Positions 1 to 10,089 are shown, numbered from the stretch's first letter. The stretch is DNA of 64,000 bases from Clostridia bacterium (GCA_017505785.1 JAFVOQ010000061.1:62-64061); one strand, 5' to 3'. Notes: generated by a model from the letters alone, not told the origin. Made by a program: numbers and translations.

Positions 1-68
1 TTTAGCGGCACTTCACCAAATTCTTCTCGAATATTTGTATATTCTTCAAAAAATTTGGTTTGTTCCAC
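1..68 (-). CDS. possible 5' end of a CDS running off the left edge (MEQTKFFEEYTNIREEFGEVPL...)
   Basis: Open frame from GTG at 68 to the window edge; no clear RBS; too short to identify. Confidence 0.25.
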   Translation of the reverse strand, partial: MEQTKFFEEYTNIREEFGEVPL

Positions 69-98
69 AAAAAATCTGTTTTTTAAAACTGTGAAACA

Positions 99-207
99 CC
101 CTGCGGTAAATAAATTTTTGATGGATTTTGCCGCGGCAAGGCGCAGACAAGTGTAGATTTTTCAAGCCTTGACACGGGAAAAGACGCAGAAATTTATTGC
201 CGCAGGG
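99..207. repeat. ~110-bp imperfect palindrome (MITE/REP-like or terminator-containing element)
   Basis: ccctgcggtaaataaattt (99-117) is a near-perfect inverted repeat of aaatttattgccgcaggg (190-207); inner arms caaggc/gccttg also pair. Confidence 0.6.
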
Positions 208-231
208 CTTATGGGCTTGACTCCCGTGCGG

Positions 232-1299
232 CTACATTTCTTGCTGCAGCTTTAATGCGGTATCCGCAGCGATCAGTGCATCAATGATATCGCTGATGTT
301 ACCGTTTAAAATCTTATCAAGTGAATAGAGTGTAAGACCGATACGGTGGTCGGTCATGCGCCCCTGCGGATAGTTATAGGTTCTGATGCGTTCACTGCGA
401 TCTCCCGTGCCTACCTGTGTGCGACGCTCACTTGCAATCTCATTTTCCTGTGCGGTGCGCTTGATATCAAGAAGCTTGGCACGCAGCATTTTTAATGCTT
501 TGTCGCGGTTTTTAAACTGGCTGCGCTCCTCCTGACATTCCACCACAATGCCGGTAGGCTTATGCGTCAGGCGTACGGCAGACTCGGTCTTGTTGATGTG
601 TTGACCGCCCGCGCCGCTGCTTTTGCAGGATTCCATGATGATATCTGCGGGGTTAATCTCCACATCAACCTCCTGTGCCTCCGGAAGCACGGCAACGGTT
701 ACGGTTGAGGTTTGAATACGCCCCTGTGATTCGGTTACGGGTACACGCTGCACGCGGTGAACGCCCGATTCAAACTTGAATCGGGAATAAGCACCGTCAC
801 CTTCTACCATAAATACAATTTCCCGAAAGCCGCCAAGCTCGGTTTCATTTTCACTCATGCGTGAGGTTTTAAAGCCGGCCGTTTCGGCATACATGGTATA
901 CATGCGGTAAAGCACAGCAGCAAAGAGTGCCGCCTCCTCGCCACCGGCGCCGGCGCGAATTTCCACGATCACGTTGCGATCGTCATTTTCGTCACGGGGC
1001 AGGAGCAATATTTTCAGCTCCTGCTCCAATGCCAAAACACGCTCCGAAAGCGTTTTTTGTTCCTCGGTTGCGAGTGCCTTCATTTCTTGGTCATCTGCTG
1101 TTAAGAGCAGATCTTTGATATCCGCAAGCTCAGCGCATGCTTTTTTATAGCTGCGATAGGTCGTTGCGATCGGCTCAAGACGCCGATATTCCTTCATCAG
1201 CGCAGTGTAAGCGGTAGGGTCGGTTACCACGGCAGGATCAGCACTGCGATCCTCCAGCTCTCTAAAACGAGCTTCAGTCGTATTTAGCTTGTCAAACAT
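232..1299 (-). CDS. prfA: peptide chain release factor 1
   Basis: GAGGQHINKTESAVR (GGQ motif); RF1-specific PxT motif (RVPVTES). Confidence 0.98.
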   Translation of the reverse strand: MFDKLNTTEARFRELEDRSADPAVVTDPTAYTALMKEYRRLEPIATTYRSYKKACAELADIKDLLLTADDQEMKALATEEQKTLSERVLALEQELKILLLPRDENDDRNVIVEIRAGAGGEEAALFAAVLYRMYTMYAETAGFKTSRMSENETELGGFREIVFMVEGDGAYSRFKFESGVHRVQRVPVTESQGRIQTSTVTVAVLPEAQEVDVEINPADIIMESCKSSGAGGQHINKTESAVRLTHKPTGIVVECQEERSQFKNRDKALKMLRAKLLDIKRTAQENEIASERRTQVGTGDRSERIRTYNYPQGRMTDHRIGLTLYSLDKILNGNISDIIDALIAADTALKLQQEM

Positions 1300-2684
1300 C
1301 AGGCACGGGAAAAGGCGATAAAGGCGAGATAAGCCTCATAAAGATCAACCTTTGAGATGACCTCAAAGGGCGCGTGCATGGAGATCACGGGTACACCGAG
1401 GTCTACCGTTTCAACGTTGTGACCTGCGATATATTTGGCAACCGTGCCACCGCCGCCGCCGTCAACCTTGCCAAGCTCACCCGCTTGCCACACCACACCC
1501 GCGCGCTCCATTACACCGCGAAGCCATCCAACGTATTCGGCACTGGCATCGTTTGTTGAGGATTTGCCGCGAGAGCCGGTATATTTGGTGAGAACCACAC
1601 CGCAGGATAACAGGGGCGTGTTGCGCTTCTCAAAAGCATCTGCAAAATTCGGATCGTATGCACAGGATACGTCTGCCGAAAGGCATCGCGAATTGGCGCG
1701 CACCACCGCGGGATTGCCGCCAAGTGCCACGGCGATCTGATTGATCAGATCGGGCAAGAGCGCACTTTTCATACCGGTATTGCCGTCACTGCCGGTTTCC
1801 TCCTTGTCTGCAAGCACGCACATGAGGGTGTGAACGGGTGCATCCTCCTGTAACAGTGCAGTCAGTGCAGGGTAGGCGCATACGCGGTCATCGTGTCCGT
1901 AAGCACCGATCAGCGCACGGTCAAAGCCGATATCCCGTGCCTTGAAGGCGGGTACCACGCAAAGCTCGGCAGAAAGAAAATCGTCCTCTGTAATGCCGTA
2001 TTTTTCGTGCAGAAGATACATCGTATTTAACTTGATGGCTTCATTCTCGGCAGCGTCATAAGGGCGGCTGCCAACGAGAACGTTAAGCTTTTCTCCGGGA
2101 ATTGCCTCGCCAAGGGGCTTTTTATCGGTTTCATGGCCGAGGTGGGGGAGAAGGTCGTTGATATAAAATACGGGATCACCCTCCTCCTCGCCGATATTGA
2201 CGGTAATACGCGTGCCGTCAGCCTTTACAATAACACCGTGGAGTGAGAGGGGGATTGCTACCCACTGATACTTGCGAATGCCGCCGTAATAATGGGTCTT
2301 GAAAAAGCTCATGCCGCCGTCTTCGTAAAGTGGGCATTGCTTGAGATCAATGCGCGGTGCATCGATATGCGCTGCATTGATGCGAATGCCGTTTTCGATC
2401 GGCTCGCTGCCAACGACGAAAAGAAACAAGTTTTTATCTCTGTTGTTGTAGTAGTATTTATCTCCGGCCTTAAGGGGAGCACCCATTGTGTAAGGTCTAA
2501 AGCCATTTTCCTCAGCCATTTTTACAGAAGTGCATACCGCTTCGCGTTCGGTTTTAGCGGTGTTAAGAAATGCAGCATAGCCCTTTGCATAGTCAAAAGC
2601 TGTGTCGATCGTTTTTTTATCGGTTTTTTCGTAAACGCTTTTTTTGCGGTATAGCAGCTTTTCGGAAAGTTCTTTTGCGTTCAT
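1299..2684 (-). CDS. M18 family aminopeptidase (ApeA/aspartyl aminopeptidase-like)
   Basis: AAHIDAPRIDLK, YGGIRKYQW, GHDDRVCAY, DKEETGS, SMHAPFE metal-ligand motifs; its TGA overlaps the prfA ATG. Confidence 0.93.
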   Translation of the reverse strand: MNAKELSEKLLYRKKSVYEKTDKKTIDTAFDYAKGYAAFLNTAKTEREAVCTSVKMAEENGFRPYTMGAPLKAGDKYYYNNRDKNLFLFVVGSEPIENGIRINAAHIDAPRIDLKQCPLYEDGGMSFFKTHYYGGIRKYQWVAIPLSLHGVIVKADGTRITVNIGEEEGDPVFYINDLLPHLGHETDKKPLGEAIPGEKLNVLVGSRPYDAAENEAIKLNTMYLLHEKYGITEDDFLSAELCVVPAFKARDIGFDRALIGAYGHDDRVCAYPALTALLQEDAPVHTLMCVLADKEETGSDGNTGMKSALLPDLINQIAVALGGNPAVVRANSRCLSADVSCAYDPNFADAFEKRNTPLLSCGVVLTKYTGSRGKSSTNDASAEYVGWLRGVMERAGVVWQAGELGKVDGGGGGTVAKYIAGHNVETVDLGVPVISMHAPFEVISKVDLYEAYLAFIAFSRA

Positions 2685-2686
2685 AA

Positions 2687-3265
2687 TTACTCCTTAAAAT
2701 TGTATTTTTCAAGATAATCGCAGTAAGCATCAAGCGTTACCGTGACGTAGCGTGCGGTTTCGGGATAGGGGATATCAAGCAGATTCTCTCCGTCGGACAG
2801 CGTGCTATCAGAAAGCCATTCCTCCACGCGGCCCTCGCCCGCATTGTAGGCGGCAAGAGCTACCCGCCAATTTCCAAAGCGAGAGAAAAGGTAGGAAAGA
2901 TAGTAGGTTCCGTAGCGGATATTCACTTGAGGTTTCCAAAGGTCGTTGTCGGTGAGATTTTCTTTTAATTTTTCCTCTCTTAAATAGACAAAGGTTTGAG
3001 GAAGCAGCTGCATTAAGCCAACTGCCCCCGCCGAGGAATGGGCATCTTGATAAAAATCGCTTTCGGTACGGATCACGGCGAGCACCATGGCAGGTGAAAC
3101 ACCGTAAGTGTTAGCGGCCGCAAGAACAATACTGTAAACCGCTTTTTCACGTTTGTGCCGAAGATGCTTATCTGTAAAATGTGCAAGGGACAGGCACAGG
3201 ATTGCAAGCAACAAAAAAATTGCCAGTACCGTAATAAGCCGTTTGCGAGATGCCGCGTATCTCAC
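2687..3265 (-). CDS. lytic transglycosylase (SLT domain) with N-terminal membrane anchor
   Basis: IRTESDF, AVGLMQL, ALAAYNAG motifs; probable GTG start at 3265 just after the coaE stop, with a GGGGG RBS (track start 3376 overlaps coaE). Confidence 0.92.
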   Translation of the reverse strand: MRYAASRKRLITVLAIFLLLAILCLSLAHFTDKHLRHKREKAVYSIVLAAANTYGVSPAMVLAVIRTESDFYQDAHSSAGAVGLMQLLPQTFVYLREEKLKENLTDNDLWKPQVNIRYGTYYLSYLFSRFGNWRVALAAYNAGEGRVEEWLSDSTLSDGENLLDIPYPETARYVTVTLDAYCDYLEKYNFKE

Positions 3266-3266
3266 G

Positions 3267-3872
3267 CTATAAAACCCCCGTTTTAACGAGCAGTGCCAGG
3301 AGATTTCTTTCAAGGCTTGCTGCATCGGTATTGTTTTCGAGAATGTAATCACAGCGTTCGCGGAAAAATTGATCACTTTTTTGTGCGTTTAAGCGTTTTT
3401 CGGTACTTTCACGCGAAATACGGTCGCGCACCATGATGCGCTCGGCGCGCAGTGCCCGATCTGCAATCAACCCGATCACAAAATTACATTCAAGATGAGC
3501 GTTTGCTTCAAAAAGGAGTGGCGCGTCGATCACGGCGGCATGTGTGCCGTTCACTTTTAGCTCGCGCAATCTTTTTTTGATTTCGCTCATAACATATTTA
3601 TGGGTGATTGTGTTCAAAGTATGCAAAAGGGCATCTGTATTTGGCTTGCCAAACACCGTGTTTGCAAGTGCTTGCCTTGAGATCAACCCGTTACCGTCCA
3701 ACACGTTGGGACCAAACGCCGCAGCAATTTCCTTGGTACAGTCGCCGTCCGTGCCAAGAATTTCATGATACACAAGATCGGCATCGATTACGGGAATACC
3801 GTGTTTTTTAAAAATCGAGGCGGCAACGCTTTTGCCTGCGCCGCTACTGCCCGTAAGACCGATCACCTGCAT
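3267..3872 (-). CDS. coaE: dephospho-CoA kinase
   Basis: IGLTGSSGAGKS P-loop, IDAD, DAPLLFE, RLNAQ motifs. Confidence 0.96.
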   Translation of the reverse strand: MQVIGLTGSSGAGKSVAASIFKKHGIPVIDADLVYHEILGTDGDCTKEIAAAFGPNVLDGNGLISRQALANTVFGKPNTDALLHTLNTITHKYVMSEIKKRLRELKVNGTHAAVIDAPLLFEANAHLECNFVIGLIADRALRAERIMVRDRISRESTEKRLNAQKSDQFFRERCDYILENNTDAASLERNLLALLVKTGVL

Positions 3873-3905
3873 GAAAGCACCTCCACCTAAATACTATTAA
3901 ATAGT

Positions 3906-3934
3906 ATTATACTACATTTAGTATTAAAATGCAA
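3906..3934 (-). promoter_or_regulatory. sigmaA promoter of the coaE-slt-peptidase-prfA run
   Basis: TTGCAT-17-TATAAT on the minus strand. Confidence 0.6.
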
Positions 3935-3964
3935 GAGAAATTCATAATATAGTCTGTTTCCGGG

Positions 3965-3993
3965 TTGAAATTTTTTAAATTTTCGGTTATAAT
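3965..3993 (+). promoter_or_regulatory. sigmaA promoter of the HAD-murB-whiA-dnaE run
   Basis: TTGAAA-17-TATAAT. Confidence 0.7.
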
Positions 3994-4016
3994 GCTTATA
4001 GAACAAATTTTAAAAG

Positions 4017-4718
4017 GTGGTGTTACGGTTGTCAGCTTATCGCGCGATCCTGTTTGATGCAGATAACACGCTTTTTGATTTTTCGCGTGCAGAGCGTGAG
4101 GCAATTGCCAACACGCTCACTTATTGCGGTATTGCACCCACAAACGCACTGATCCAAGCTTATAGCGAGATCAATGACCGCATGTGGAAACGATTGGAGC
4201 GCGGCGAAATTGCAAAGGAAGCACTAAGAGAAGCGCGTTTTGATGAATTTTGCAAAACCTTTGGATTTCGTGTGGATGTACCGCAAATGGCAAGGATGTA
4301 TCTTGAGTTCCTTTCCGAAAAGTCATACTTGATTGAAGGCGCGAAGGAGATCTGTGCTGCACTTGCCTCGCGTTACCGTCTGTATATTGTTACAAACGGG
4401 ATCAAAACTGTGCAAAGAAGGCGATTTTCGGCGTGTGAACTGAAGCCCTATTTTTCAGACATTTTTATTTCCGAGGAGCTTGGCTTTGAAAAGCCGCATA
4501 GCGGTTATTTTAAGGCCCTGGCAGAGCGTGTACCGCAGTTTACGCCCCAAACCGCACTGATCGTGGGGGATTCACTCACATCCGATATAAAAGGGGGGAT
4601 TGCCGCAGGACTTGATACCTGTTGGTATAATCCCCACCGACTTGAAAACAGGGAAGCCTTGCCCATTACCTATGAAATCAAAGCACTGCAGGAGTTGGCT
4701 CCTGTGTTGCTTTCCTGA
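4017..4718 (+). CDS. HAD hydrolase, YjjG-like non-canonical pyrimidine nucleotidase
   Basis: LFDADNTLFDF, IVTNG, EKP, IVGDSLTSDIKGG motifs; start may be TTG at 4029. Confidence 0.9.
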   Translation: MVLRLSAYRAILFDADNTLFDFSRAEREAIANTLTYCGIAPTNALIQAYSEINDRMWKRLERGEIAKEALREARFDEFCKTFGFRVDVPQMARMYLEFLSEKSYLIEGAKEICAALASRYRLYIVTNGIKTVQRRRFSACELKPYFSDIFISEELGFEKPHSGYFKALAERVPQFTPQTALIVGDSLTSDIKGGIAAGLDTCWYNPHRLENREALPITYEIKALQELAPVLLS

Positions 4719-5647
4719 TGCAAACGCTTTTTGAGGAAGCGTTAAAAAGAAAGAATATTAGGTTTCAAAAGAACGTAAAAACAGCAGATCTATGCACCTT
4801 TCGCATCGGCGGAGCTTGCCGGTATTTGATAGAGCCGCAATGCATCGGTGAGCTGGTGGAATCAATTCTGCTTTGCGAGCACACAAGGGTTCCTTACGAG
4901 GTGATCGGTAGGGGAAGCAATCTTTTATTTGCAGATGCCTTCATACCCATTGCGCTCATTCGAACCACAGCACTGAACGGTTTGGTGGTGCAAAACGGTG
5001 AGCTGATCGCCGCGTGCGGCATATCCTTGCCGCGCTTGGCACAAAAGGCGGCAGCACTTGGCTTTTTTGACCTTGCCTTTGCTTGCGGTATCCCTGGCAC
5101 ACTTGGTGGCGGCGTTTATATGAATGCGGGCGCACATGGCAGTGACCTTGCAAGCCTTGTGAAATGGGTTGATGTGTTACATCCCCAAACGGGCGAAATA
5201 AGAACATTATTTAACAAAGAGTTGAGTTTTTCTTATCGAAATAGTATTTTCCAACAAGAAAACATTGTTGCTTTGCGCGCTTGCCTTGCTTTGCGTTGCC
5301 CCTCGGAGCTTGATAAGATCCAGGCACAGATGCACGCGTTGCTCAATCGCCGTCAGGCAACCCAACCGGTTTCTTTGCCAAGTGCGGGGAGCGTGTTTAA
5401 GCGGATAAATAATGGTGCTTCAATGGGAAAGATCATAGATGAATTGGGGCTAAAGGGCATGCGCTGCGGCAATGCGGCTGTTTCTCAAAAGCATGCGGGA
5501 TTTATCGTAAATCTTGGCGGTGCCAAGGCTGCGGATGTATGTACATTGATCGATTGCATCAAGGGCATCGTCAAAAGAAAAAAAGGGATTGACGCGACAA
5601 CGGAAATTCGATTTTTAGGTTTTGAAAAATCCCAACCGGGCACATAG
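4718..5647 (+). CDS. murB: UDP-N-acetylenolpyruvoylglucosamine reductase
   Basis: TFRIGG, IGRGSNLL, GIPGTLGGGVYMNAGAHG, PSAGSVFK, KHAGFIVN. Confidence 0.96.
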   Translation: MQTLFEEALKRKNIRFQKNVKTADLCTFRIGGACRYLIEPQCIGELVESILLCEHTRVPYEVIGRGSNLLFADAFIPIALIRTTALNGLVVQNGELIAACGISLPRLAQKAAALGFFDLAFACGIPGTLGGGVYMNAGAHGSDLASLVKWVDVLHPQTGEIRTLFNKELSFSYRNSIFQQENIVALRACLALRCPSELDKIQAQMHALLNRRQATQPVSLPSAGSVFKRINNGASMGKIIDELGLKGMRCGNAAVSQKHAGFIVNLGGAKAADVCTLIDCIKGIVKRKKGIDATTEIRFLGFEKSQPGT

Positions 5648-5691
5648 AGTCCTTGTAGGAAGCTTTATTGCAAAATTAACGGAGGAAGGAT

Positions 5692-6543
5692 ATGAATTAT
5701 TCTTTACGGCTAAAGGAAGAATTGATTGTGGGTGCGCCGCGCAGAGCCTGCTGTAAAAAAGCATATTTACGTGGGCTTTTTCTCAATGCCGCGCAGACTA
5801 AGGGTGGTGCAGTAGTGCTATCGTTAGCGACCCTTGCCGCACGCCAAGAGTGCGCGCGCGTATATCGCGAACTCTATCGCGGTGAAGCATTGATCGATGC
5901 GAGCACGATGCTTTTTTCCTCCGAACGTTTATATAGTGATCTTACAACTACCGCCCCCATTTTTTGTTGCGAACGTTGTGCGGTGCATTTCCTTCGCGGT
6001 GCCTTTGTTTCTGCCGGCTCTGTTACCGATCCCGAGAAGGGCTATCACCTTGAGTTTAAGGTGTACGAGGAGGAGGGGCGTGCGTTTCTTGTTTCGCTCC
6101 TTGAACAGCACGGTTGGCAGGCGAAATGTCGCATACATCGCACAGGCTTTGGTATTTATTTTAAAAATAGTGCCGTCATTGAGGAAATACTTTCGGCACT
6201 TGGTGCAAATAACGCACTTTTTACATTGATGAACGCAAAGATCACGCGCGGTATTAGAAATGAGGAAAATCGCGCGACCAACTGTGTGGCAAAAAATATT
6301 GGAAAATCGGTTGAGGCCTCGGGGCGCGCGCTTGATGCGATCACAGCTATTCGCCAAGCAGCACGCTTTGATGCCTTACCGCAGGAATTGCGGGAAACCG
6401 CCGCACTGCGCGAGGAAAATGCAGATGCCTCTCTTTCCTATCTTGCGAAGTTACACAATCCACCGCTTACCAAATCGGGGTTAAATCACAGATTACAAAA
6501 GATCATTGCATTTTCTGATACGCTACATAACAAAGAAACATAA
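5692..6543 (+). CDS. whiA: DNA-binding protein WhiA
   Basis: FLRGAFVSAGSVTDPEKGYHLEF, NRATNCVAKN, TKSGLNHRL. Confidence 0.95.
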   Translation: MNYSLRLKEELIVGAPRRACCKKAYLRGLFLNAAQTKGGAVVLSLATLAARQECARVYRELYRGEALIDASTMLFSSERLYSDLTTTAPIFCCERCAVHFLRGAFVSAGSVTDPEKGYHLEFKVYEEEGRAFLVSLLEQHGWQAKCRIHRTGFGIYFKNSAVIEEILSALGANNALFTLMNAKITRGIRNEENRATNCVAKNIGKSVEASGRALDAITAIRQAARFDALPQELRETAALREENADASLSYLAKLHNPPLTKSGLNHRLQKIIAFSDTLHNKET

Positions 6544-6561
6544 AACAAAGGAGGTGTGCTT

Positions 6562-9500
6562 GTGTCTTCATTCGTACATTTGCATTTGCACAGTGAATAC
6601 AGCCTGCTTGACGGCGCCTGCCGCATTCGTGATATTGCCAAGCGCGCCAAGGCGTGCGGGCACGATGCGGTTGCCCTTACCGATCACGGTGTAATGTATG
6701 GTGCGGTTGCGTTTTATAAGGCCTGCGTTGCAGAGGGGATAAAGCCGATCATTGGTTGTGAGGTCTATGTCGCGCCTCGCTCTCGCTTTGCCAAGTCCAC
6801 ACTGGATGCGCACCCCAATCATTTGGTGTTGCTTTGTAAAAACGAGGTGGGATATCGCAATCTTATCGAGCTTGTATCCCGTAGCTTTACCGAGGGCTTT
6901 TATACCAAGCCGCGTATTGATATCGAGCTCTTGCGCGAGCATGCCGAGGGGCTGATCGCACTTTCCGGCTGTCTTGCAGGTCGTATTCCGCAGCTGCTCG
7001 TAGCGGGGGATTTTGAAGGTGCTTGCAGAACAGCCCGTGAATACGCTGCCATTTTTGGCAAGGATAATTTTTATATTGAAATACAGGATCACGGCTTGCC
7101 CGAACAAAAGCAGATCCTGCCGATGCTACTAAAGTTGGCAAGGACGTGTGGTTTGCCCCTTGTTGCCACCAACGACTGTCACTATCTTACGCGCACCGAT
7201 GCCGAAATGCAAGCTGTACTGATGTGTATTCAAACGAATAGCAGGCTTGACGACGGGCGTCCGATCGGCTTTGAAACCGATGAGTTTTATTATAAGGACA
7301 CCGCAGAGATGCAAATGCTCTTCGGTAGGTTTGATGATGCGATTGCCAATACCGTAAAAATCGCAGAACGCTGTGAATTTACCTTTGATTTTTCGCAAAA
7401 TCATCTCCCCAAATTCCCTTGCCCCGAGAGGACAAGCGCTGTGGCACATTTACGGGATCTTAGCGAAAAGGGCTTTGACATAAAAAAAGCTACGGGGGGC
7501 TTGTCGCTTGATATTTACAGTGAGATGGCTTACCGAGAGCGTATGGAATACGAGCTTTCTGTCATTGAGAAAATGGGATATGCGGATTACTTTCTTATCG
7601 TACAGGATTACGTTAATTTTGCCAAATCCAAAAGCATTCCCGTGGGACCCGGGCGTGGCTCCGGTGCCGGTAGTGTGGTAGCATATTTTCTTGGCATTAC
7701 CGATGTGGATCCGCTTCGCTTTGATCTGCTTTTTGAGCGTTTTCTCAATCCTGAGCGCGTCAGCATGCCCGATATTGACGTTGACTTTTGCTACAACCGC
7801 CGCGATGAGGTGATCAAATACGTTACCGCCCGTTACGGGCGCGAGCACGTATCCCAAATTATTACCTTTGGTACGCTTGCCGCGCGTGCGGCAGTGCGTG
7901 ATGTCGGCAGAGCCCTGGGAATTTCGTATCAAGAGGTGGATGCAGTAGCAAAAGCTATTCCGCGTGAGCTGGGAATCACCATTGCCGATGCGATAAAGCA
8001 ACCGGAGCTCAGACGCCTGTACGAGGGTAAGCAGGAGATCAAGAAGCTGCTTGATCTTGCCATGGCACTGGAAGGGATGCCGCGCAATGTATCGATCCAT
8101 GCGGCAGGTATTGTGATCACCGAAAAGCCGATTTCCTCGTATTTGCCATTGGCGGCAAGCAACGGCATTGTAGTCACACAGTACGATATGGATACGGTGG
8201 CGGCGTTGGGACTTTTAAAGTTTGATTTTTTGGGGCTTCGTTATCTTACGATCATTGACGATGCTGTAAAATCGGTGCGCCGCGAGAACCCTGATTTTGA
8301 TATTCGGAAAATTCCGCTTGACGATACGGCAACCTATAAGTTGATCGCCAGAGGCGCAACCTCCGGTGTGTTTCAGCTTGAATCGGGCGGCATGCGACAA
8401 ATGCTTGCCAATCTTGCGCCAAACTGCTTTGAGGATATTGTGGCGGCGATCGCACTTTACAGACCCGGCCCCATGGACTCAATTCCCGTGTTTGTCGAAA
8501 ATCATCACAATCCGCAAAAGGTTACGTATAAGATCCCTCACCTTGAGCCAATACTGCGTTCCACCTATGGGTGTGTGGTATACCAAGAGCAGGTGATGCA
8601 GATCTTTCGCGAGCTTGCCGGATATACCTTCGGTCACGCAGACGTGGTGCGCCGTGCTATGGCAAAGAAAAAGGCCTCGGTTATGGAAGCAGAACGCGAC
8701 TCTTTTCTTTCCGGATGCGCGAAAAACGGCATAGACAAGGAGCTGGCAGGGGAGCTTTTTGATGAGCTTTCAAGCTTTGCCAACTATGCTTTTAACAAAA
8801 GTCACGCTGCGGCATACGCGATCATTTCTTATCAGACCGCATATTTGAAGGAGCATGCGCCAAAGGCATATTTTGCGGCATTGCTGACCTCCGAGCTTGG
8901 AAACATGCCCAAGATCGCCGCCTATATTGCCGAGGTGGGCAAGCGTGGCGTGCGCGTGTTGCCGCCCGATATCAACGCCTCGGAAATCAATTTCAGCGTT
9001 TGCGGTGATCATATCCGATTTGGCCTTTTGGCACTGAAAAACGTAGGCAGACAGTTCCTGGAAGCTGTTGTAGAGGAGCGCAGGATCGGTGGCAATTATC
9101 GTTCCTTTTATGATTTTCTCGAGCGCATGTCCTCGCATGATCTCAACAAGCGTCAGATCGAGTCGCTGATCAAATCGGGTGCGTTTGACACGCTTGGCGT
9201 TTTTCGCAGTCGACTCATGGCGGTATATGAGCAAATGATCGATCAACTGCAAAGTAAGAATCGCACAAATCTTACCGGTCAGCTTGATATGTTTTCAAGC
9301 GTGGTCAGCGAGGAAGTGAATATCACTTATCCCGCGCTGCCCGAGTTTAGCTTACGGCAGCTGCTTGCCGAGGAAAAGGAGGCCGCGGGCATGTATTTTT
9401 CTGGGCACGTGCTCGACGGATTTTCAAGGGCACTTGCAGCTACCGACATTATACCGATTCAAAAGATCTGTGATGCGGACGAGGGAGAAAATACAGCCTT

Positions 9501-10089
9501 TGCCGACAGGCAAGCGGTTACCGTGGCGGGTATTATTACGGCGTTGACCCATAAAACCACAAAGTCAAACGAGCAAATGGCTTTTTTCACAGTTGAGGAT
9601 CGCATGGGTGAGATGGAATGTATAGCGTTCCCTAAAATGCGCGAAAAATTTGCCGATCAAATCCTCCTCGATAACGTGGTTCGCATTGAGGGACAGCTAT
9701 CTCTTAGGGAAGATGAGCCCCCAAAAATCATTATCTCTCGTATGAGTGAATTGCCCGCAAACGGCACAGCACAGCAGGGATCGGAGCCCCAAAAGAAAAA
9801 AGAGACGCCGGCAAAAACACAAGAAGCAAAGCAAGCGAAGACAAGCGACACCAACAAAGTGTCGCTTGAAAAAGCACGCATCCTTTATTTGCGCGTGCCC
9901 TCGCTTGATCATACGCTTTTCCATCGTGTGCGCAACATTCTTGAGATTTTTGAAGGAGATTTGCCGGTATCAATCTTTGATACCGCCACCAAAACCTATC
10001 ACAAGCAGGAAATGGGTTTTGCGCTATCGCACTTTACACTTGGTGAATTGTGCGACATTTTGGGCAAGGAAAATGTTGTGTTGAAATGA
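6562..10089 (+). CDS. dnaE: DNA polymerase III alpha subunit
   Basis: PHP domain (HLHLHSEYSLLDG, TDHG, TNDCHY), GPGRGSGAGS, PDIDVDF, FNKSHAAAY, OB fold; GTG at 6562 has the best GGAGG spacing (track start 6556). Confidence 0.98.
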   Translation: MSSFVHLHLHSEYSLLDGACRIRDIAKRAKACGHDAVALTDHGVMYGAVAFYKACVAEGIKPIIGCEVYVAPRSRFAKSTLDAHPNHLVLLCKNEVGYRNLIELVSRSFTEGFYTKPRIDIELLREHAEGLIALSGCLAGRIPQLLVAGDFEGACRTAREYAAIFGKDNFYIEIQDHGLPEQKQILPMLLKLARTCGLPLVATNDCHYLTRTDAEMQAVLMCIQTNSRLDDGRPIGFETDEFYYKDTAEMQMLFGRFDDAIANTVKIAERCEFTFDFSQNHLPKFPCPERTSAVAHLRDLSEKGFDIKKATGGLSLDIYSEMAYRERMEYELSVIEKMGYADYFLIVQDYVNFAKSKSIPVGPGRGSGAGSVVAYFLGITDVDPLRFDLLFERFLNPERVSMPDIDVDFCYNRRDEVIKYVTARYGREHVSQIITFGTLAARAAVRDVGRALGISYQEVDAVAKAIPRELGITIADAIKQPELRRLYEGKQEIKKLLDLAMALEGMPRNVSIHAAGIVITEKPISSYLPLAASNGIVVTQYDMDTVAALGLLKFDFLGLRYLTIIDDAVKSVRRENPDFDIRKIPLDDTATYKLIARGATSGVFQLESGGMRQMLANLAPNCFEDIVAAIALYRPGPMDSIPVFVENHHNPQKVTYKIPHLEPILRSTYGCVVYQEQVMQIFRELAGYTFGHADVVRRAMAKKKASVMEAERDSFLSGCAKNGIDKELAGELFDELSSFANYAFNKSHAAAYAIISYQTAYLKEHAPKAYFAALLTSELGNMPKIAAYIAEVGKRGVRVLPPDINASEINFSVCGDHIRFGLLALKNVGRQFLEAVVEERRIGGNYRSFYDFLERMSSHDLNKRQIESLIKSGAFDTLGVFRSRLMAVYEQMIDQLQSKNRTNLTGQLDMFSSVVSEEVNITYPALPEFSLRQLLAEEKEAAGMYFSGHVLDGFSRALAATDIIPIQKICDADEGENTAFADRQAVTVAGIITALTHKTTKSNEQMAFFTVEDRMGEMECIAFPKMREKFADQILLDNVVRIEGQLSLREDEPPKIIISRMSELPANGTAQQGSEPQKKKETPAKTQEAKQAKTSDTNKVSLEKARILYLRVPSLDHTLFHRVRNILEIFEGDLPVSIFDTATKTYHKQEMGFALSHFTLGELCDILGKENVVLK

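Noticed and set aside
211-227. T-arm-like hairpin atggg-cttgact-cccgt
   Set aside because: No acceptor, D or anticodon arms; not a tRNA.
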